Shown one piece after another: positions 1-21,083 of a stretch of DNA of 64,000 nucleotides. Both the position numbers and the translations under genes were made by a program. Source of the DNA: the human T2T-CHM13v2.0 reference genome, Homo sapiens; the NCBI RefSeq assembly GCF_009914755.1, contig NC_060941.1. One strand, given 5' to 3'. Below the pieces are notes generated by a model, which was not told where the DNA came from, did no database searches, and was given only the letters and a program-made list of their open reading frames with translations. The first letter of the stretch is position 1. Each line of letters begins with the position of its first letter.

Positions 1-3000
1 AGTGCTGGGATTCCAGGCATGAGCCCCTGTGCCCAGCTGACACAGCTCCTTCTGCAGAGCAAGCCATGGGCCACAGCCAGGACCGGCTCACCACCTTCCA
101 GGAGAACCAAGCCCGCACTCACGTCCTCAGCAAGGAGGTCCAGCACCTCCGGGAGGAGAAGTCCAAGCAGGTGAGGATGGCGCCTTCACTGACCTTGGAG
201 CTGCTTATGGCTGGAGGGCCTGGCCACGTCCTTCCTCCCTCAGCCCCGTGGTCTGCCCATCTTCCCTTCCTCGGGGCCCTGGAGCCTCTCTGAGTGGCTG
301 GTACCAGGAAGGAGGGGCGGCCTCCTGGTCTGATCTGCAGGTGGACTTCCTTGGGGAGCTGGCGTCTGAGCCCTGAGGCCTCGCTCTGCAGGGGCCACCC
401 TTCCTGTGAAGGAGACAGGGCACCGTGGGTGGAACCCTCCGCTGCCTTGCCACATTGGTGGGCGCTGGCTCTCCTTCCCCCTGAGAAGGTCAGGTGGACA
501 GGCTGCAGGTGCCCTGACAGGGCTGCGGCTGTCTCTGTCCCCAGTTCCTCGACTTGATGGAGACTATTGATAAGCAGCGAGAAGAGATGGCCAAGAGCAG
601 CAGGTGAGCGGGCCCAGGGCAGGGGCAGGGTGAGGCTTCAGGGATCAGGTCCTGGCTCAGACTCAGATGGGACCAACCTGAGCCCACGAGTGAGGCCACG
701 AGGAGGTCGCTGGAGGCTCAGTGCCCAGGCGACCATAGATGCTTAAGGAACAGCAGCAGCTACCGAGGCCAGAGGGGTATGGGAGCGCTCTGGGGTTTGG
801 GTTACTCTCTGCACCCTCCTCTCTGCCCACAGGGCGTCGGCAGCCCGTGTAGGGCAGCTTCAGGAAGCCCTGAATGAGAGGCACTCCATCATCAACGCTC
901 TCAAGGCCAAGTAAGTGGGGGGTGGCCTCAGGATACTTCAGAGACGTGCCCACAGGGCAGAGAAAGGTGGTGTGAACCTGTGTGCAAGTCCTGTTTGCAA
1001 AGCAGAGGTGGGAAATGGTGAGGCTGGGGCAGTAACCCAGAAGCCTTCCTGGAGGAGGCGGGTGCTGGCTGGGGTTGACTAGGTGCCCAGCAACAGTGAA
1101 AGCAGCGAGGCCTTTATAAGGCAAGTGAAACTCCAACCGGGGCGGGGGTGCTGCCCCTCCTTTCTGCAGGCTGCAGATGACAGAGGCCGCCCTGGCTCTG
1201 TCGGAGCAGAAGGCCCAGGACCTGGGGGAGCTCCTGGCCACAGCGGAGCAGGAGCAGCTGAGCCTGTCACAGAGGCAGGCCAAGGAGCTCAAGCTGGAGC
1301 AGCAGGTGGGTGGGCAGGGCTTGAGAGGGGTGGGCCAAGGGGTGCGTGGCGGCTTCGTGACCCTCACTACCCATACCCCGTTCCCCTCCCAGGAAGCTGC
1401 AGAGCGGGAGTCTAAACTCCTCAGAGACTTGTCTGCTGCCAATGAAAAGAACCTGCTTCTGCAAAACCAGGTAGCTGTGGTGGATGGAGCCAGGGAGCCC
1501 AGGGTGGGCGCGGCAGGGCTGGGCTGCAGCTTCCCTCCCTGGTGCCGGCTTTCAGGTAGACGAGTTGGAGCGGAAGTTCAGGTGTCAGCAGGAGCAGCTG
1601 TTCCAGACCAGGCAGGAGATGACCAGCATGTCAGCTGAGCTGAAGATGCGGGCCATCCAGGCCGAGGGTGGGCACGGGCAGGCCTGCTGTGGAGGGGCCT
1701 GGGGATGGGCACCGGGGGACGGGGGCCCCCAGGGGATGCTCACGCATACTCTGCCCACCCTGGGCTTCCAGAGCGCCTGGACATGGAGAAGAGAAGATGC
1801 AGACAGAGCCTGGAGGACTCCGAAAGCCTGCGCATCAAGGAGGTGCCCTCTTCGTTGGCCTCTAATGCGCCTCAGTCTCTGGTCTTGGTGTCACGCAGGT
1901 GTCCCCAAAGCACACACCTGGTGGGAGCTTCCCTTGCCAACCTTGGGTCACTGGGTGGCCGTATTTTGCCAGCCTGAGCGGATGTCAGACCCAGAACCTC
2001 CTATTGGGGGCGGCGGGGGGACCCCGGCAATGTCTGAGCCGTAGTACAGGCTGCCGTTGAAGAGACACCAAGGCCCACTCGTTCAGGGTGTGCATGCTGC
2101 GGTAGTTTCCTGCTAGGCCATCTGAGGCAGTGCTTTCTCAGAATGAACAAGGTTCTCAAGAGACACCTGCCTTTCAGGGTGGGGAGTCCGTGAGGAGAAG
2201 GTAGGGAGGCCCGCTCTCCACTCTGGCCCCACAATCCCTGCCCCTGAGCAGGTGGAGCATATGACCCGTCACCTGGAGGAGAGTGAGAAGGCCATGCAGG
2301 AGCGGGTGCAGAGGCTGGAGGCGGCGCGGCTGTCCCTGGAGGAGGTGAGTGCCCACCAGGCAGGGCCAAGCTCTGCCTTAGTCCTGGGCTGAACAAGGCA
2401 GGGGCCCCTGGTGTTCGCCGCCTCAGGACCAGAGACCTCTTCCTGTTCCCAGAGGCTCATAGGCCCCACCTTGGGGACCCACCCACCAGTGTGCCCAAGA
2501 AGCTAAAGGGACTTAGGTGGCATTCGGACTTCCTTGGCCTTAGGAACCTTGCCCAGCGAGCTAGGTGGCAGAGCAGCTGCGTGGCCCTCAGGAGGCTGGC
2601 AGAGAGGAGCCCCCCTGGCTGGGGTTGGCTGGATGGGCCAGAGAGAGAAGGGCCCTGGGCCAGGGACAGGAGAACGGGCTGGCAGGTGGCCATCTGTGCA
2701 GGAGCTGAGCCGAGTGAAAGCAGCGGCACTCAGCGAGCGTGGCCAGGCTGAGGAGGAGCTGATCAAGGCCAAGAGCCAGGCCCGCCTGGAGGAGGTGAGC
2801 CACACATGTCCGCCACCCTCCGGGGGAGCCAGGCTGCCCGGCATTGCGGCCCGCATGCAGACTCCAGAGCTTCGGTCTGAGTGGGGAGGCGGGAGTGTGG
2901 TGTTGAGGTCAGATGAGCACACCCTGGACACTGGTGGGTCCGCTTCAGCCTTGGATCAGGGCCTGAGACGGTGGAGAGGTTTGGCCCATCTCTGCAGCCT

Positions 3001-3699
3001 GTGACTACACGCATGGATGGATGGGAGGGGTGGTGTGACCGAAGAGGGAGGAGGAGAGCCCAGAGGGCATCTGGAGGAGGTGGCTGCCAGGGGAGCGGGT
3101 TCAGAGTCATAGTAACTAGAGCAGCCAGTCCTGCAGAGAGGTGGGGTCGTGCCCGTGCAGACATTCCCTCAGCTGAGCTCAGGCTGAGCCCCTCATGCTT
3201 CGTGGCGGCCCCTGTGCTCACAGCAACAGCGCCTGGCTCACCTGGAGGACAAGCTGAGACTGCTGGCGCAGGCACGGGACGAGGCGCAGGGCGCTTGCCT
3301 ACAGCAGAAGCAGGTGGTGGCCGAGGCCCAGACCCGGGTCAGCCAGCTGGGCCTGCAAGTTGAGGGCCTGCGGCGGCGCCTGGAAGAGCTGCAGCAGGTA
3401 GGCGGGGCTCCGGTGGGGGGCCCCGGGCGTGCTAGCCCCCAACCCTCGCCTCACTCCCCAGCCTTCGTGCCTGGCAGGAGCTGAGCCTCAAGGACCAGGA
3501 AAGGGTGGCCGAGGTGAGCAGGGTGCGCGTGGAGCTGCAGGAGCAGAACGGCCGGCTGCAGGCGGAGCTGGCGGCTCAGGAGGCGCTGAGGGAGAAGGCG
3601 GCGGCCCTGGAGCGCCAGCTGAAAGGTGAGCCAGACCCTTGTCCTCCCGCCGCCCACTGGTGGGACGTGAGGCCAGCCAGAGAGCGGGGCTGGCCAGGT

Positions 3700-6987
<3,288 letters not shown>

Positions 6988-7341
6988 AGCCCTGGCCCAC
7001 CCGAGCCTGAGGGCTGGCGGGGAGCAGCCCTGGACGTGTCCGCTGTTGTGTTGAGACGTGTGGTGTCCCTGAGTCGGCTGTGGGGAGCGGTGGGGGTGGG
7101 CCGGGGGGAAGCATGGGGATGAGGCTGGGTGGCAGGATCCTGTCCTCTCTGCCGCCTCATTCTGGGGTGTGGCTCCAGCCTTCCCTGGCCCCCGCCGGAG
7201 GCCGGGAGGGAGCAGGGTCTCCCTCAGGGCTGCAGGGGCAGGTGCAGGGAAGCCCCAGGATGGGCTTCCCTGGAGGGGGAGGGTGGGGGGGAGTTCTGTT
7301 CCTTGTGCCCCGAGGTGGGGCAGCCCCTTCTCATTTTATAC

Positions 7342-7347
7342 AATAAA
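7342..7347 (+). terminator. RAC3 poly(A) signal AATAAA
   Basis: Canonical hexamer ~355 nt after the stop codon. Confidence 0.85.
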
Positions 7348-7959
7348 CATTCTCCACCTACACCTCTTGCCTCTCACTACCTGCCCTTCTGTCCTGGGGC
7401 GGTTTGCTCCTAATTCCCCTCTGTGATGGTGCAGAGCGGGTCCATCACACCCCAGCCGACCCCAGCCGCACTTCAGAGCTGAGTTCCCAAAGGCAGCACT
7501 AAGCTTCCTCCACCCTACCCCAGGGGAAGAGGGGGCCTGCTGAGCTGCTCAGCCCCCCAAAGGAGCCGACCCAGATCAAAGCAATAGCTAGTGCATTGAG
7601 CCCTAGGGATGATTACTTGGCTGTGTACAAGGCCTCCCTCAGGCTGATTTGTGCCTCTGGGAGGGCACATGTCAGGGAGGGGTGGGGAGAGGCGGGCCAG
7701 TTCTCAGGCAGCGCCTGTTGTGCTGACCGGGAAGGTCTGAAAAGAGGCTGAAGCAGGTCAGGCCTCTCTGAGCCTCGTGGGAGCCGAGGCAGGCTCCCCG
7801 CATCCCTCAACTCCTCTGGCTGGCACCGGGAGTAAGGGCAATCCAGGCAGAGGGGCAGGGTGGAGGAGGGCGCGGGGGTCGGGGTGTGGTGTGGAGAGTG
7901 AAGAGAGCAGTGACCCAGCACAGTCCGCTGACGCTGAAGCCAGAATCAGTGGGCCCGGA

Positions 7960-8173
7960 GCCATGGTCCCGGGATTGGAGTCACTCGGGATTGGAGGGTG
8001 CCATGAGGTCCCGGGATTGGAGTCACTCGGGATTGGAGGGTGCCATGAGGTCCCGGGATTGGAGTCACTCGGGATTGGAAGGTGCCATGAGGTTCCAGGA
8101 TTGGAGTCACTCGGGGTTGGAGGGAGCCATGGTCCCGGGATTAGAGTCACTCGGGATTGGGGGGTGCCATGAG
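7960..8173. repeat. 42-bp minisatellite, ~5 copies (GGTCCCGGGATTGGAGTCACTCGGGATTGGAGGGTGCCATGA)
   Basis: Direct tandem copies, also visible as the repeated VPGLESLGIGGCHE in the ORF track. Confidence 0.95.
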
Positions 8174-8194
8174 GGCCACTGTCTGCTTCCGCCT

Positions 8195-8780
8195 TGTGCT
8201 GTGTGGGGGCAGCTCCTACTGGCTCAGGAAAGCCAACTGCTGAATTCTCAACAATTTTGCTAGCCAGTTGTTAATGATCATTAACAAATTATAGAAGCTT
8301 ACAATTTGTGTTATTAAAAGCAAAATCGGCAAACGTCACTTCCTACTTATTTCTGCATACACGACTGTTTTCTCTGCCCCTCGGTTATGTACATCTGTGG
8401 GACCTATGGACACAAACACCACATAACAGGGTGCTGAGGGCATCTCCTCCAGCTCCACGTTAAATGACATCTAACTGGTAGCTTGAAATCAGCCGTGGTG
8501 GGAGGAGGCTTGACTTATGGTTACTTGTCTAGACTTCAGATGATAAAATGCAGATTAGACTTCAGGGTGCTGTGTCTATGCTCATTACATTGTGAATAGC
8601 ACAAGTTGAGGAAACGCTCTTCTAGTTTCCGAAAACCATCATCTGATTCAACAAAGTGGCTCAGATCACCGACGAAGTGGAGAAGCTTGACGTTCTCCTT
8701 GTTTCCCTTTTGTCTTACTCATTAGCTTGAAGGAAGAGGAGCCAACTGTACACTCACAGAGGGGGCCATCAACACTCACA
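8195..8780 (+). mobile_element. Decayed MER63-like (hAT-Blackjack) DNA transposon
   Basis: AT-rich island. GCTCCTACTGGCTCAGGAAAGCCAACTGCTGAATTCTCAACAATTTTGCTAGCCAGTTGTTAA and GGTAGCTTGAAATCAGCCGTGGTGGGAG resemble the recalled MER63 consensus. Boundaries approximate. Confidence 0.6.
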
Positions 8781-9055
8781 TGCACACACCGTCTCACCCC
8801 AGAGGTTCTGGACAGGCCCGAAGGCCAACCTTGCTGAAATTCACCACCCTCTTTGGGAGGTGACCTTTCACCACCTCCCACCTCCCTGACAGAGAACTGG
8901 CCAGGCCTGAAAACCTCAGGAGTGGGAGCCACGCTCCCCCTTGGATTGGAATGTGAATGTCATGGGTCTCTGCCCGCGTTCCACACCTGGCCCCAAGCCC
9001 CCAGCTACCTGCTGGCAGCCTAGGAATAGCACATAGTCTGGGCAGCAGAATCAGG

Positions 9056-9061
9056 TTTATT
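9056..9061 (-). terminator. DCXR poly(A) signal AATAAA
   Basis: TTTATT on the + strand, ~57 nt after the DCXR stop. Confidence 0.85.
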
Positions 9062-9117
9062 GGAGGGATTGGGGGTAGGATGAGCACGGCATGGGGCTTG
9101 AGGTGTGTGGAGGGAGC

Positions 9118-10840
<1,723 letters not shown>

Positions 10841-11397
10841 GTCGGCGCAGTCTCCGCCCTCCGCACTGGGGCTGCGGAACTTGAAGCTCTGGCCACGATG
10901 GGCGGGGCGCGGCGGGGCCAATGGCAGGGCGGCCTTCAGATAGGCGGTGGGGACATTCAAATAGCTGCTCCCCGCTGCAGTGATTGGCCGAAAGGAGTGG
11001 GCGCGCCGGGGCGGGGCGGGGTCTCCGCTGCCTCAGGGACGGGTCTTTTGAAGTGCCTGGTGTGACCCATCTTCCGTGCTTGAAATCGACGTAGTGGACC
11101 CTGGCTAGCATATTTTTCCCTGCCAAGATTATTGCAAAAAGACGATGTGGTGGTTAATATCGGAAAGAATGTGTGGTTAATATCAGGAAGAACACGTGAA
11201 ATGGAGAATTTCAGGGCTAACATTTCTTGTTTTGTTTCTGAAAACATCGGCATGTCCTAAAAAGTGTCGCCTGTGCCCATCATCTCTCAGGCTTGGGAGC
11301 AGGACACCGCCGGCTCACTTTAAAGCCAAGGGAAAGAATTTGGACAACCAACTACGTCTGGAGAAGACACCAATGTCAGCAGAGCTCCGCTTTCATC

Positions 11398-12628
11398 TGT
11401 GGGCGAAGGATTACCTAGATGCCAAGGCAAGAGACTGAAGACACAAACTGTTTCAGTATAACAAAGAAAATAGGCCGGGAGCGGTGGCTCACGCCTGTAA
11501 TCCCAGCACTTTGGGAGGCCGAGGCGGGTGGATCACGAGGTCAGGAGATCGAGACCATCCTGGCTAACACGGTGAAACCCCATCTCTACTAAAAATACAA
11601 AAAATTAGCCGGGCGCGGTGGCGGGCACCTGTAGTCCCAGCTACTCAGGAGGCTGAGGCAGGAGAATGGCGCGAACCCAGGAGGCGGAGCTTGCAGTGAG
11701 CCGAGATTGCGCCACTGCACTCCAGCCTGGGCGACAGAGCAAGACTCCATCTTTAAAAAAAAAACAGTTAAAATAAAAATAGTCATAATACAAATTAGAT
11801 ATAAAAATGATCATGATCATGGATAATTATCAATCATTAGTATAAACATTATTAATCATTAGCTTTTAATATTACTCTTTGTTGCATTACTAATATAACC
11901 TAGGGACATTGTGAGAAGTGACCTAGAAGGCAAGAGGTGAGCCCTCTGTCACTCCCGCATAAGGGCTGCTTGAGGGCTCCTTGGTCAAGCAGTAATGCCG
12001 TTGTCTGGGAAGCCACCCGTTACTTAGAAGACTGCGAAGGGGAGTCTCCTTTCCTTGGAGGCGTCAGGGAACACTCTGCTCCACCAGCTTCTTGTGGGAG
12101 GCTGGATGTTATCCAGGCCTGCCCGCAGTCATCCGGAGGCCTAACCCCCTCCCTGTGGTGCTATGATTTAATGGTCACATTTCTTGTCCACTTCCACGTT
12201 CCTCCCGTACTCCTGGTTCCTCTTTGAAGTTCGTAGTAGATAGCAGTAGAAGAAATAGTGAAAGTCTTAAAGTCTTTGATCTTTCTTATAAGTACATAGA
12301 AGAAAGCGCTGATGTATGGTCTTCTCTTTCTGTTTCAGCTACCTAAAAGGGAAGCGCCCCCTGTCCTATGATCACGTGACTTGCTTCACCTTGTCAATCA
12401 CTTGGAAGATTCACCCTCCTTACCCTGCCCTCCTTGTCTTGTATGCAATAAATATCAGTGCGCCCAGCCATTCGGGGCCACTACTGGTCTCCGTGTCTTG
12501 ATGGTAGTGGTCCCCCGGGCCCAGCTGTTCTCTCTTTATCTCTTTGTCTTGTGTCTTTATTTCTCACAATCTCGTGTCTCCGCACACGGGGAGAAGACCT
12601 GCTAAGCCCCATAGGGCTGTACCCTACA
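11398..12628 (+). mobile_element. Solo LTR13-type (ERVK) LTR, full length, interrupted by an AluY
   Basis: Begins TGTGGGCGAAGGATTACC and ends ...GTACCCTACA. Flanked by a 6-bp target-site duplication TTCATC (11392-11397 / 12629-12634). Internal AATAAA at 12447-12452. Matches the recalled LTR13 consensus. Confidence 0.88.
11473..11764 (+). mobile_element. AluY inserted in LTR13
   Basis: GGCCGGGAGCGGTGGCTCACGCC...GAGATCGAGACCATCCTGGCTAACACGG (Y-type) with A tail. Confidence 0.93.
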
Positions 12629-13429
12629 TTCATCTGAAAGGGACTTGAACCCCAGGTCACCTTGGACAGCCAGCATCCGGCCAGGGGCACCTTTTAGAAG
12701 TTGAATAGGATAGGAAGGGATTGGGGTCATGGAAGTACATGGTGGTCCAGCAAAGACCAGCATTGCTTCCCGAGGCTTTGGGGTCAGTTACAGATGCGTG
12801 TGTGTGTGCACCCACACACTGGGCCTCCATGTAAAAGCTACTTTGTTCTGTGGGTCATGGTAGGAAAGTCTAGAACTACTGCCCTTCTGTGGCCAGGAGT
12901 GACCTTCTGTGGCCAGGAGTATGGAATTGGTGACTGTAGGGCCTTTGGATCATCTGGGGCTTTGGGCCCACAGAGGTGGACAGGCCGGAGGCAAGGGTGG
13001 CCAGGCACAGCAGGAGGCAAGGTCCTGGTTTGTTCTGGAGGACAGCCAAGTGCATGGTCCATATCAGACCTGGCACTGCGGCCAGTCCAACCCCCCCTTG
13101 GCCGCCCTGTAAACTCTGCTTTCTGCCCCTACCCTTGGAGCCTGCTTTCTGCCTGCCAGCAGCCAAGGGAAGGACACCCCTCAACCTGTCCTTCCTGGAA
13201 GGCCCATCTGCTTAGACCCCTCCAGCGGCCTGCACGTGCCCCCAGGAGAGTGGACCAGGCCTCACTGGTCCTGTTATCCGTGGCTCAAGCCCTGCTCCCT
13301 GTGAGTCCTGCTGGCTGGTCAGAAGCACCCTCGGCATCCCCTACCCCCACCCTGTGCCCTGTGCCCTCCCAACCACTGCCTGGAGGGCCCGATCCTGGCC
13401 CCTAGCCCTCTGCCCTCTTGCCCAGCTTT

Positions 13430-14540
<1,111 letters not shown>

Positions 14541-14650
14541 TGGTTTTTTTTTTTGAGTCGAACAAGCATTTCTGTGAACCGGACCGATGAACGTTTCTAC
14601 ACAACTACCAAAGGGAAGCGGGTCCCCACATGCACTCAGGAAAAAGAAAA

Positions 14651-14667
14651 GCCACGTTGGCGCGCCA
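14651..14667 (-). other. Retroviral primer-binding site for tRNA-Lys
   Basis: Minus strand reads TGGCGCGCCAACGTGGC, 2 nt after the LTR end. This is a near match to the Lys(CUU) PBS TGGCGCCCAACGTGGGGC. Confidence 0.8.
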
Positions 14668-14669
14668 GA

Positions 14670-14942
14670 TATCGGGGGAACCAGCCCCCAGTATTTCAAT
14701 GTAGGTTCTTTCTATTTTCCATAAGTGTTGGCTGGCTGAGAAATGAAGAGAAAGAGTACAAAGAGAGGACTTTTACAGCTGGGCCTCCCAGGGCGACATC
14801 ACATATCGGTGGGACCCTGATGCCCGCCTGAGCCGCAAAACCAGCAGGTTTTTATTAAGGATTTTGAAAGGGGAGGGGGTGCAAGAACAGGGAGTAGGTC
14901 ACAGAGATCACATGCTTCAAAGGGCAAAAAGGAGAACAAAGG
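14670..14942 (-). mobile_element. MER11-type LTR (HERVK11 5' LTR), 3' portion only
   Basis: Minus strand ends ...GGGGCTGGTTCCCCCGATA, the recalled MER11 terminus, and is directly followed by the PBS. Truncated by Alus at ~14943. Confidence 0.78.
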
Positions 14943-15552
<610 letters not shown>

Positions 15553-15719
15553 TCAGAGACACAGCTGCAGTGAAACCATTAAATGGAGGCCAGTAGCATG
15601 TGAACCACACAGGCAGGGCCAGAGGGAGCACAGGGGGCTTCCTGGAGAGGTGGGAGGAAGGCATGACTGAGAGAGAGCACGGGGGACCCTGGGAGGGAGA
15701 GGCCACCTGTTCCTGGCCT

Positions 15720-16325
15720 CATGTCTGTGTGCACACACGCAGAGGCACATGCCAATGTGAGCACAAGCACTTGGGCATACACACAGGGACACACACAGGC
15801 ACACATGGGCATAGACACACATGAGCATTCACACGGGGACACAGGCATACACGGGTGTAGGCACACATGAGCATGCACATGGGGACACACACAGACACAC
15901 ACGGGTGTAGACACATCAGCATGCACATGGGGACACAGGCACACACAGATGTAGACACACACATCAGCATGCACACGGGGACACAGGCACACACAGGTGT
16001 AGACACACATGAGCATGCACACGGGGACATGTGTGTGCACCCGGGGACACATGCATGCCATGGCACAGCAGCCACACAGGACACACACACACACACGCAC
16101 ACACGGGCATGCACACGTGAGCACACATGGCAATGCATGGACCAGGCAGCCACACAAGTGCACACATGGAGCATATGTGAACATGCAGGCCTGAGCATGG
16201 GGGTGCATGCACTGCAGCTGACAGGCCCACAGACATGCGTGTATACACATATGTATCCACACCCCCCACAGGCATGCACAAGTGAATATGTGTGTAGACA
16301 CACAGTCGCACACGGACACACACGC
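15720..16325. repeat. CA-rich degenerate minisatellite (~44-50 bp unit ACACATGAGCATGCACACGGGGACACAGGCACACACAGGTGTAG) with (CA)n
   Basis: About 5 recognisable units at 15790-16030, decaying into alternating purine/pyrimidine sequence. Confidence 0.85.
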
Positions 16326-17391
16326 TCTGGTCCATGGTGGCAAAGAGGACCCTGGAAATCAGCAGCTTCGGCTTCGATGTTGCTCTCTGTGAGGATCCCT
16401 GCTAGGAGTCAGGGTTGGCCAGGACCCTGTCCCTGGGCTCAAGTCCTCCTGCAGGAGAGCCACCCTCAGGAGGGGACAGACCCTGGTGCTCCCTGAAGCT
16501 GGGCCATGAGGCTGAGCTTGGGGGAGAGCAGGTGAAGGCGGCCAACGTGGTTACAGGTCTTGGGTGGCTGCTGGCCTTCCTGGCTGAGCCAGGTTTGCAC
16601 CTGGTGCTGGGAGCTGGGCCTGAGCCTTGAGCTCTGGAAAGCAACCATAGGTGGGGGCTGGGGAAAGGCTCCCGCTCCAGGAGGAAAGCCAAGGGCTCCC
16701 TAAGGCCATATTGATTCTTCTGGACAATGAGGGGGTCAAAAAGACCTAAGAACCCCCAGCTCCCATCTTCCACGGGACAGCTGGCCGGTCCTTCCAGCTC
16801 TCAGGATGGTCCCATGTGGCGAGGCAACAGCAGGGGCCACTGTTCCTAAGACGACCGGATGGGGGTGGGGCCCTCCTGTTCGCGTCCGGCCTTCTGAGCC
16901 TCTGTAGTCCCTACAGAGAGGAGGATATGGGGCTCAGGCTTCCCCGGGAGCCCAAGGCCGGGAGGTATGATCGACTCTGCGGGTGTCTGTGGGCTCAGTG
17001 CTAGGCCCTTCCTGCCATAAGCACCCCCCGCCGTGGAGGAGCATTTGAGCTCACGGATGCTACAGAGAAAGTTTCCTACAGGGTCTCCTCTGAGGGCCAT
17101 GGAAAGCCATGTGTAGACACTCAGCCTGCCCCCAGAGCCTTTGGTGCCCCAGGAGTAGAGCCAGGAGCCCTCCCCGCCACCTCCATGTGCCCTGTGCCTG
17201 GGCGCCCAAGCCTGTGGATCCCCCAGCATGGGCTAGGCAGGTCCTTCATTGCTCAGACCCCAGGCTTTGGGAGGTCGCATGTTTTGCCGTCTGCATAGCG
17301 AGGACGTGCTGGGTAGGAAAATGAACTCCAAGCCACGGCCTTCCTGGCCATTCTGTTGTCACCCGTCGTTTCCTTCACCTGCTGTGAAAGT

Positions 17392-19340
<1,949 letters not shown>

Positions 19341-20594
19341 AGGGCTGAAGGGAGGTGTCCACTGAGTGTGGACACTGTCTCATCAGGTACCATGACACAC
19401 CCCACGTGACCTGTGCCTGTGACCACGTCGCTGCCTTGCGGGCCTAACAGCACCTGCCTATGGGACCTTGGCTGGCTGCTTCTTACCAGGCCGGCCCCCT
19501 AGAGCCCCCCTGCTCCTCCAAGCCCTGTTTCCTCCAGAGGGGTGGCCGCCCCTGGTTCCCTCCTCACCCCTGTCCACACTGACTCTCTGCAGCTGGAGCC
19601 AACTGGGTCCAGCAGGGACTTGGGCCTGGGACGGCCAGGGGCTCTGCCCAGAACAGCGAGCCTGGGACTGGTCCTGCCCGGGAATGGTTATTTGAATCAA
19701 AGCGGAAAACTGCTGGTTTGAAACGTTTATAAACATAACCCAACAATACAAAAGGGAGCAGGGTAACTGGTCACTTAGGAGAAAAGCCTCAGGACCTCGT
19801 GGACCTGAACTTAGGCCAAAAAAAATGGGGAGGATAAATGAGACAGGGTGACCTCCCGGACCAGGCACTATGCAACCTTAGAGTGTGGCTTAAACATGAA
19901 TGATCATCTCCTTTCCGTTAGACAGCAGTAACAGGCTTTAGGTTTTAAGACTAGTGTTGACGGAGTTTAGGTAAAACGGATACAACATTATATTCTCAGA
20001 GGACCTGCAAGCTGGACTCTTCCGGAAAGCGTGTGTGCACCAAGATTTGCTAGAGCCTCATGCCCTGGAAACAACCCACTGGGGACACTTTGTCCCTAGA
20101 CACCCTTTCTGGTGGCGTGAACGCACTCTAGTCCACGTTCCCCACTCCCAGGATGCCGGGACCGTGTGGCGCAGGCTTAGGAGGGAGGGAGGTCCACATG
20201 AGGTCAGAGAAAAGCGCAACACCCAGACCGTGCATCCGGGAGAGCCAGCGTGAGGCCCCGAGGCCACGCGGGCAGACCCACCGCGGACGCAGGGGACGCA
20301 GGGGACGTCTACAGTTCTGCAGCAATTTTCAAGAATTCGCTTTTCTTTCGTTTCTGTTGAAATGCAGGTTTCAGACTTGCTGAAATTCACCCGACACTTG
20401 TTCTGAGCCCCAGAATTCCTCTCCCAGCCCAGAGCCTGCAGTGGACAAAGCCAAGGGCCTGGGCTGTTGGCTGAGGACCCAGTCATGATTAACCTCAAGT
20501 CTCCTTGGGGTGCCTTCTACTCCAGGCTGAGCACAAATGAGACAGAAACCAGCGAACTCCACGCGCGTTATGTGGGTGCCTCCTCTTTGCCCTC

Positions 20595-20800
20595 CACACA
20601 CCCACGCACAAGTGCACACACCCACGCACGCAGACACTGCCACGCACACACCCACTGATGCACACAGACGCACACACGGGTGGATACTCACCTACATGCA
20701 CGTACACACCCACTCTCAATGTGTCCACTGAGCTTCGTGTACACGCCCACGCACACCCACCCTCATACACACCCACGTGCACCTGGCTCCACACAACACA
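20595..20800. repeat. CA-rich low-complexity tract
   Basis: Degenerate CACACCCACGCAC repeats. Confidence 0.7.
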
Positions 20801-21077
20801 CGGGAGGAGGCAAGCACGATGCTCAGGAAGGCGGCCTCTCAGGGCAGCGTCCAGTGTCCGTCCCTCCCGGCGGGACCCTCGCACGCCACCTCTGCTGGAG
20901 ATTTTGGCTTCCAAAGAAGAGTCTGGTGGGTTCAAGGCTGGGTGGGCAGGACGGCAAGGATACAGCCCTGCCTGGGACAGAGCCTTCCTGGGGTAGAAGG
21001 GGGATATGGCAGGGACCCGAGGAGAGCTGGGCCGGTGGGTGACTAAGACAGGAGCCACGTGAAGTAAGAACAAAAGC

Positions 21078-21083
21078 TTTACT
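21078..21083 (-). terminator. Probable RFNG poly(A) signal, variant AGTAAA
   Basis: TTTACT on the + strand ~800 nt after the RFNG stop, followed on the minus strand by U-rich TTTTGTTCTT. Confidence 0.6.

Noticed and set aside
1306-1392. In-frame stop-free 87-nt LRRC45 intron
   Set aside because: It has a canonical GT donor, and this is expected by chance among many short GC-rich introns.
7758-8263. ORFs with 14-aa peptide repeats; also a superficial CRISPR-like look
   Set aside because: They are translations of the 42-bp minisatellite. There are no unique spacers and no cas genes, and the DNA is eukaryotic.
15553-16496. Cys/Val- and His/Thr-rich ORFs up to 254 aa resembling metallothionein or keratin-associated proteins
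   Set aside because: Artefacts of (CA/TG)-rich repeats that are open in several frames on both strands.
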